A program made the position numbers and the translations under genes. A DNA stretch of 63,966 nt, the filler included, from Caldilineae bacterium (GTDB taxonomy: Bacteria > Chloroflexota > Anaerolineae > DTLA01), in NCBI GenBank assembly GCA_037446815.1. It is 3 parts of 3 records of this genome, joined end to end, with 100 filler letters (N's around TTAATTAATTAA, not from the genome) between each part and the next. Parts side by side here need not be neighbours in the genome. Positions count along the whole stretch, not along the records: positions 58,938 to 63,966 come from JBBIHX010000198.1; 2 more parts are not named here. One strand, 5' to 3'. Of this stretch, positions 59,074 through 63,966 are shown piece after piece. The notes beneath the pieces were generated by a model that did not search any database, had not been told where the DNA came from, and saw only the letters and a program-made list of their open reading frames with translations. How positions within the stretch are numbered: the stretch's first letter is position 1; the number at the start of each line of letters is the position of its first letter.

Positions 59074-61626
59074 ATGATCCCTGTACGCCTCCAAGTTCGC
59101 AACTTCCTCTGCTACCGCGACAACGCCCCTCCGCTGGAGTTCGCGGGCATCCACGTGGCGTGCCTGTCGGGCGCCAATGGCCATGGCAAATCCGCACTGT
59201 TGGACGCCATCACGTGGGCGCTGTGGGGCAAAGCCCGCGCCCGCCAGGACGATCACCTCATCCACCAGGGCCAGACCGACATGGACGTGGAGTTTGACTT
59301 CCTGATGGACGGCCAACTGTACCGCGTCATCCGCAGGCGCAGCACCCGAGGACGAGGCCAGAGCGCGCTGGAATTGCAGGTGGACCAGGACGGCAAGTTC
59401 AAGGTGCTGACCGAGGAGTCGCAGCGGGCCACCCAGGCGCGCATCAACGCGCTTCTGCGGATGGACTACGACACTTTCATCAACTCCGCGTTTCTGATGC
59501 AGGGCCGGGCCGATGAGTTCACGCTCAAGGCTCCGGCGGAGCGCAAGCAGGTGCTGGCCGACATCCTGGGCCTGTCGCTGTACGACCGCGCCGAGGAAAT
59601 CGCCAAGGAGAGGGCGCGCGCGGCAGAACAAATCATCGGCCAGCGCACGGGCGAGATGCAGAATTTGGACGCCGAACTGAAGAAAGCGGACGAGTATCGG
59701 AGCGACGAGAAGGCCCGCGCGCTTGAGGTGGAGAAACTTGTGGCCGAGCGGGAGGAGGCGGAGCGCCGCGCCCGCGAGGCCGAGACGGTCCTCACCGAAC
59801 TGCGACACAAGAAGCGCGAACTGGATGAACTTATCGCCCGGCGCGCCCAAGACGAGCGGATGCTGGCGGACCGAGAGCGGAAGCGCGGTGCCCTGTTGGC
59901 GCGCCAGGAGGAATTGGAGGCGCTGCTGCGCGACGAGGCCGACATCCGGGCGGGATACCGGCGGCTAGTGGAGGCGCGGGAGCGGGAGGCGGCCCTGGCG
60001 GCCAAGGGCATCCGCGCCGGTGAACTCAACGCCGAGGCCACACGCCTGGAGGGCAAAATCGCCCAGGAGCGTGAGAAACTTGCGCTGGAACTGGACCACG
60101 CGCAGCGACAGGCGAGCGAGAAGGCCGCCGAGGCCGCCAAAGCCGAATCCCTTCGGGCCAAGCGCGCCCAGGTTGCCGATGAATTGGCCGCGTTGGATGG
60201 GAAGGAGCGGCAGCGGGATTCCCTTCGCGAGGGCATACAAGCCGCGAACCTGGAGGTGGAGCGCCTCAAGTCCGAGAACGCGCAACTGCAAAAGGAAATG
60301 GGCGACTTGCGGAGCAAGATTGACCAACTGGGCGAAGCCGAGGCAATCTGCCCGCTGTGCCGCTCGCCCCTGAGCGAGGAGAACCGCCAGCGCCTCATCG
60401 CCGAGATGACGGCGGAAGGACTAGCGAAGAAGGAACAGTTCACGGGCAATCAAAGGCGGATTCAGACGCTGGAGGGCGAACGCAAGCGCCTTGAGCGCGA
60501 AGTAGCGACGCTAGAGGCCACGCTGAAAACCCGCGCCGGGAAACAGCGCGAAGAAGCGGCGATTTCTGAGGCGCTGACCCGCGCCGAGAAGGCGACCGAG
60601 GAGGCCCAGGCCCTGCGCGAGAAGGCCGCCGAAATCCAGCGCCGCCTGGAGGGCGAAGACTTCGCCGCCCAGGAGCGGGAGCGCCTGGCCGCGGTGCGCG
60701 CCGAAATCCAGGCGCTTGCCTACGACGCCGAGGCGCACAGGGCCTTGCGCAACGAGATTCAGTCCCTCGCCCAGTACGACGCCAAGCACGCGAGCCTGCT
60801 CAGCGCAAGCGAGACCATCGCGGGCCTGCGGGAGGACATCGCGCGGTACGAGAGCGAGATCGCCCAGGCGCGGCAATCCCTGGCCCAGTCGGAGGAGCGC
60901 AAGGCGGCGCTGGAGGCCGAGTTGCGGAACCTGCCCACCGCGGAGGCCGACGCCCGAAGCAAGCGCGCCGAGGCCGACGGGTTGGCGGAACGCGAGCGGC
61001 GCGCCCGCGACCTTCTGGCGATGGCGCGGCAGAAGTTGGCGTACTGTGAGCAGCTGGCCGCGCGCCGCGAAGAGGTGGCCAAAGCCCTGGAAGAGGCGAA
61101 ACGCGACAAGGCCCTGTACGACGATCTGCGCCTGGCCTTCGGCAAGAAGGGCATCCAGGCCATGATTATAGAGAGCGTCATCCCCGAGATTCAAGACGAG
61201 GCCAATGCCCTGCTGACGCGGATGACCGACGGCAGGATGCAGGTAACGCTCCAGACGCAGCGGGAGACGAAAGCCGGCACCGTGCAGGAGACGCTGGAGA
61301 TTCACATCTCCGACGAACTCGGCCCGCGTCCCTACGAGATGTTCTCCGGCGGCGAGGCGTTCCGCGTGAACTTCGCCATCCGCATCGCGCTGAGCAAGTT
61401 GCTGGCGCGGCGGGCAGGGGCGCAACTGCGCACCCTGATCATTGACGAGGGATTTGGCTCGCAGGATGCATCGGGCCGCCAGAAACTGGTGGATGCAATC
61501 CAATCCATCCAGGGAGACTTTGACAAGATTCTCGTCATCACCCATTTGGAGGAATTGCAGGATGCGTTTCCCGTGCGCATCCATGTGGAGAAGACCCCTG
61601 CAGGCTCCACCTTCAGCATTGCGTAG
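59074..61626 (+). CDS. sbcC: SbcC/Rad50-family SMC-like ATPase
   Basis: GANGHGKS Walker A, QG Q-loop, coiled coil with CPLC zinc hook, FSGGE signature, IIDEGFGSQD, ITH. Confidence 0.92.
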   Translation: MIPVRLQVRNFLCYRDNAPPLEFAGIHVACLSGANGHGKSALLDAITWALWGKARARQDDHLIHQGQTDMDVEFDFLMDGQLYRVIRRRSTRGRGQSALELQVDQDGKFKVLTEESQRATQARINALLRMDYDTFINSAFLMQGRADEFTLKAPAERKQVLADILGLSLYDRAEEIAKERARAAEQIIGQRTGEMQNLDAELKKADEYRSDEKARALEVEKLVAEREEAERRAREAETVLTELRHKKRELDELIARRAQDERMLADRERKRGALLARQEELEALLRDEADIRAGYRRLVEAREREAALAAKGIRAGELNAEATRLEGKIAQEREKLALELDHAQRQASEKAAEAAKAESLRAKRAQVADELAALDGKERQRDSLREGIQAANLEVERLKSENAQLQKEMGDLRSKIDQLGEAEAICPLCRSPLSEENRQRLIAEMTAEGLAKKEQFTGNQRRIQTLEGERKRLEREVATLEATLKTRAGKQREEAAISEALTRAEKATEEAQALREKAAEIQRRLEGEDFAAQERERLAAVRAEIQALAYDAEAHRALRNEIQSLAQYDAKHASLLSASETIAGLREDIARYESEIAQARQSLAQSEERKAALEAELRNLPTAEADARSKRAEADGLAERERRARDLLAMARQKLAYCEQLAARREEVAKALEEAKRDKALYDDLRLAFGKKGIQAMIIESVIPEIQDEANALLTRMTDGRMQVTLQTQRETKAGTVQETLEIHISDELGPRPYEMFSGGEAFRVNFAIRIALSKLLARRAGAQLRTLIIDEGFGSQDASGRQKLVDAIQSIQGDFDKILVITHLEELQDAFPVRIHVEKTPAGSTFSIA

Positions 61627-61637
61627 CGGGACGGGGA

Positions 61638-62258
61638 CTACCGTGCGTCCAGGTGCGCGCAGTCGTTGAGCATGTGCAGGCGCGCCTGGCCCGCGGCGAC
61701 CTCCACGACGGTCAGGGACGCATTGCGCAACTCGTAGGCCCACCAGTTGGTGAAGCGGTCGGGGAGCAGGTAGGCCAGCGCCGCCCGCAGGCTCCCGCCA
61801 TGCCCCACGATTACCACCGTCTCATCGCCCGGGTGCGCTGCCAGAATCTCGTCCACGGCCGCCCACACGCGGGTGAAGAAGGTGCGTCGGGTCTCGCCGT
61901 CGGGCCATTGGAAGTCCAGGTTCGTCTTGTCGGTCCACGCCTCCCACAGGCCCGGGAACCGCTCGCGGAATTGCTCTATCGTGAGGCCGCTGACCTGGCC
62001 GAAGTGGATTTCGCGGAGCCCATCGTGGGGGATGAGCGGGCAGCCAACGGCCCGGGCGATGGGCTCGGCGGTCTGGAGCGCGCGGCGCAGCGAACTGCTG
62101 TACACGGCGACGGGCGCGAAGTCGCGGGCGATGCGCTGGGCCACGGCCTGAGCCTGCGCCAATCCGATCTCGGTGAGGCTGGTGTCCTCCCAGCCCTGCC
62201 AATAGCCGATGTCGTTGGCATGCGTCGCGCCGTGGCGCACAAAGAGCAGCATTGTCAT
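61638..62258 (-). CDS. Histidine phosphatase family protein
   Basis: VRHG, SSLRRALQTA, LRE, GHGG, NASL; GGAGG RBS. Confidence 0.9.
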   Translation of the reverse strand: MTMLLFVRHGATHANDIGYWQGWEDTSLTEIGLAQAQAVAQRIARDFAPVAVYSSSLRRALQTAEPIARAVGCPLIPHDGLREIHFGQVSGLTIEQFRERFPGLWEAWTDKTNLDFQWPDGETRRTFFTRVWAAVDEILAAHPGDETVVIVGHGGSLRAALAYLLPDRFTNWWAYELRNASLTVVEVAAGQARLHMLNDCAHLDAR

Positions 62259-62284
62259 CAGGGCGTTCCTCCTCCAGCGCCGCG

Positions 62285-62986
62285 CTATGGGGTTTCGCGC
62301 GGCGGGCATGTCCGCGCGCAGAAGTCGCACAGGTCGCGGAGCACGCACGCCTCGCAGCGGGGCCGCCTCGCCGAGCACACCGCGCGCCCGTGCCGAATGA
62401 CGTTGATGTGGAACGGGTAGTAGGTCTCGGCAGGCAGGAGCGCTTCCAGCAATTCGTGCGCCTTCTCGCGGCCGGTAGCGTCGGGGATGAGGCCGAGCCG
62501 CCGCGTTACGCGGTGCACGTGCGTGTCCACCGGAAAGGCCGGCATGCCCAGAGTGAAGAGCAGGATGATGGCTGCGGTCTTCGGGCCAACGCCGTTGAAG
62601 GACAGCAGATAGCGGCGCGCTTCTTCCGTAGGCCACTCCCTCAGGAAATCCAGCGTCAGCGCGCCGCGCTCCGCGCTGATGCGCTGGAGCGCCGCCTTGA
62701 TGCGCGCGGCCTTCTGTTTCCACAGGCCGGCGACCTGAATGGCTTCGCCGATGGCCTCCACCGGCGCGTCGCGCACCTGCTCCCACGACGGAAAGGCTTG
62801 GCGCAGTCGGCGGAAGGCAATGTCCCGCAGCCGATCGTTGGTGTTCTGGCTGAGGATGGTCAGCACCAGCGAGGCGACCGGGTCGCGCGCCGATGGCGGC
62901 GGCGGATCGCCGTAGGCAGCCAGCAGGCGACGATGGACCTCCAGGGCCTTGGCCCGGATGTCGGGAGCCACGGGACTATCCCCCAT
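62285..62986 (-). CDS. Endonuclease III-like HhH-GPD DNA glycosylase with 4Fe-4S motif
   Basis: ILSQNT, GVGPKTA, VDTHV.R, C-x6-C-x2-C-x5-C. Confidence 0.9.
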   Translation of the reverse strand: MGDSPVAPDIRAKALEVHRRLLAAYGDPPPPSARDPVASLVLTILSQNTNDRLRDIAFRRLRQAFPSWEQVRDAPVEAIGEAIQVAGLWKQKAARIKAALQRISAERGALTLDFLREWPTEEARRYLLSFNGVGPKTAAIILLFTLGMPAFPVDTHVHRVTRRLGLIPDATGREKAHELLEALLPAETYYPFHINVIRHGRAVCSARRPRCEACVLRDLCDFCARTCPPRETP

Positions 62987-62998
62987 CGGGCGCGACGC

Positions 62999-63613
62999 CT
63001 ACAGGTAGTAGGTGAGGCGCTGGAGTTGCACTGCCGGGTCCACGTACTGGATGCGGACGCCCGCCGGGACTTTCACGGAGATGGGCGCGTAGTTGACGAT
63101 GGCCCGAATGCCCGCCGCGATGAGTGTATCGGCCACCTCCTGGGCGGCGGCCGCGGGCGTCGCAATGATGGCGATTTGCGCCCCGAGGCGCTTCACTTCC
63201 TCCGGGATCAGGCGACTGTCCTGGATGACCAGGGAGCCGACCTGCTGCCCGATTTTGGCCGGATCGTTGTCAAACGCGGCGATGATGCGGAACCCCTTGG
63301 GCTTGAAGCCGGCATACCGCACCAGCGCGTGGCCCAAGTCGCCGACGCCGACGAGCACAACGGGCCACTCGCGGTCCACCTTCAGGATCTTGCGCAATTC
63401 CTGAGCCAGGTGTGCGATGCGGTATCCGGAACCCTGCTTGCCGAACTCGCCGAAGAAGGAGAGGTCTTTGCGAATCTGGGCTGCGCTGTAACCGAGCCGT
63501 TCGCCCAGTTCCTGAGATGAGGTGATCTCGCGCCCCTCCTTGAGCAGATGCTCCAGGGCGCGAAGGTACAGGGGCAGGCGACCAATCACGATGTCGGGTA
63601 CGCGTGTCGGCAT
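62999..63613 (-). CDS. rex: Redox-sensing transcriptional repressor Rex
   Basis: RLPLYLR, QIRKDLSFFGEFG..G.GY, GVGDLGHAL, NYAP; GAGGAGG RBS. Confidence 0.95.
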   Translation of the reverse strand: MPTRVPDIVIGRLPLYLRALEHLLKEGREITSSQELGERLGYSAAQIRKDLSFFGEFGKQGSGYRIAHLAQELRKILKVDREWPVVLVGVGDLGHALVRYAGFKPKGFRIIAAFDNDPAKIGQQVGSLVIQDSRLIPEEVKRLGAQIAIIATPAAAAQEVADTLIAAGIRAIVNYAPISVKVPAGVRIQYVDPAVQLQRLTYYL

Positions 63614-63663
63614 TGATTTCCTCCTCAAGCGATGATATGAGCGACCAACGGGTACGCGGCCCG

Positions 63664-63692
63664 ATTATAGCAGAATTCACAAGTTTGTGCAA
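63664..63692 (-). promoter_or_regulatory. rex promoter overlapped by Rex half-sites
   Basis: Minus strand TTGCAC-17-TATAAT with TG; TTCACAA at 63676-63682 and TTGTGCA at 63685-63691. Confidence 0.6.
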
Positions 63693-63790
63693 AACTTGTG
63701 CGTCATCCGTACTACAAAAGGACACGACTATCGCACGAGAAGGGCCGATCGACTGCGCTTTTCGCAAACGCGGTTCTGCGGGGGACGGAC

Positions 63791-63966
63791 AACGAGCGAC
63801 GCACCTCCGAGGTGCGTCGCTCGTTCGCTATTCGCGTGGATTTGCGCGATTCGCGGTTCGCCCCTGTCATTCCGAGGCGCGGAGCGCCGAGGCATATCTC
63901 CCTATCCGTCTAATCCGTGCTATCCGTGGATACAACACAACCCTGGAGATGTTTCGCCCTCGGCTC
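63791..63966. repeat. Cluster of palindromic repeats at the window end
   Basis: REP-like AACGAGCGAC...GTCGCTCGTT, ~9-bp ATTCGCG/ATCCGT repeats, GTCATTCCGAG hairpin. Confidence 0.7.

Noticed and set aside
1..63966. tRNA, rRNA, cas genes, integrases or transposases
   Set aside because: None recognised by eye; a tRNAscan/Infernal/HMM run would be needed to exclude them fully.

Overview
GC-rich bacterial DNA whose gene content and style suggest an anaerobic Chloroflexota (Anaerolineae-like) metagenome assembly; this is inference, not a database result. The window is not one continuous molecule: two N-TTAATTAATTAA-N linkers (29601-29700, 58838-58937) join three contigs, and a 100-N scaffold gap sits at 38176-38275. 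Segment 1 holds an enoate-reductase-like flavoprotein with a likely Rex operator, sugar/glycosyltransferase genes, an ECF sigma/anti-sigma pair, prs, and a long acyl-CoA operon (hbd, acyl-CoA dehydrogenase, transcarboxylase-like 12S/5S/1.3S subunits, two B12 mutase large subunits with methylmalonyl- versus isobutyryl-CoA signatures, mce, cobO, small subunit, MeaB). Inserted in that operon is a DUF3800-like gene followed by a convergent ~65-nt structured RNA with its own perfect TTGACA-17-TATAAT promoter and terminator, the best candidate for an undescribed protein-RNA system. Segment 2 holds an amidase, a ten-gene uncharacterised membrane-protein operon built around a GlmL/MutL-type ASKHA protein, a polysaccharide cluster, an MFS transporter, a HIT protein and a long transketolase-like enzyme. 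Segment 3 holds sbcC, a histidine phosphatase, an endonuclease III-like glycosylase and rex. Intergenic regions carry several repeat families, including a 150-bp MITE with 8-bp target-site duplications (7 copies).
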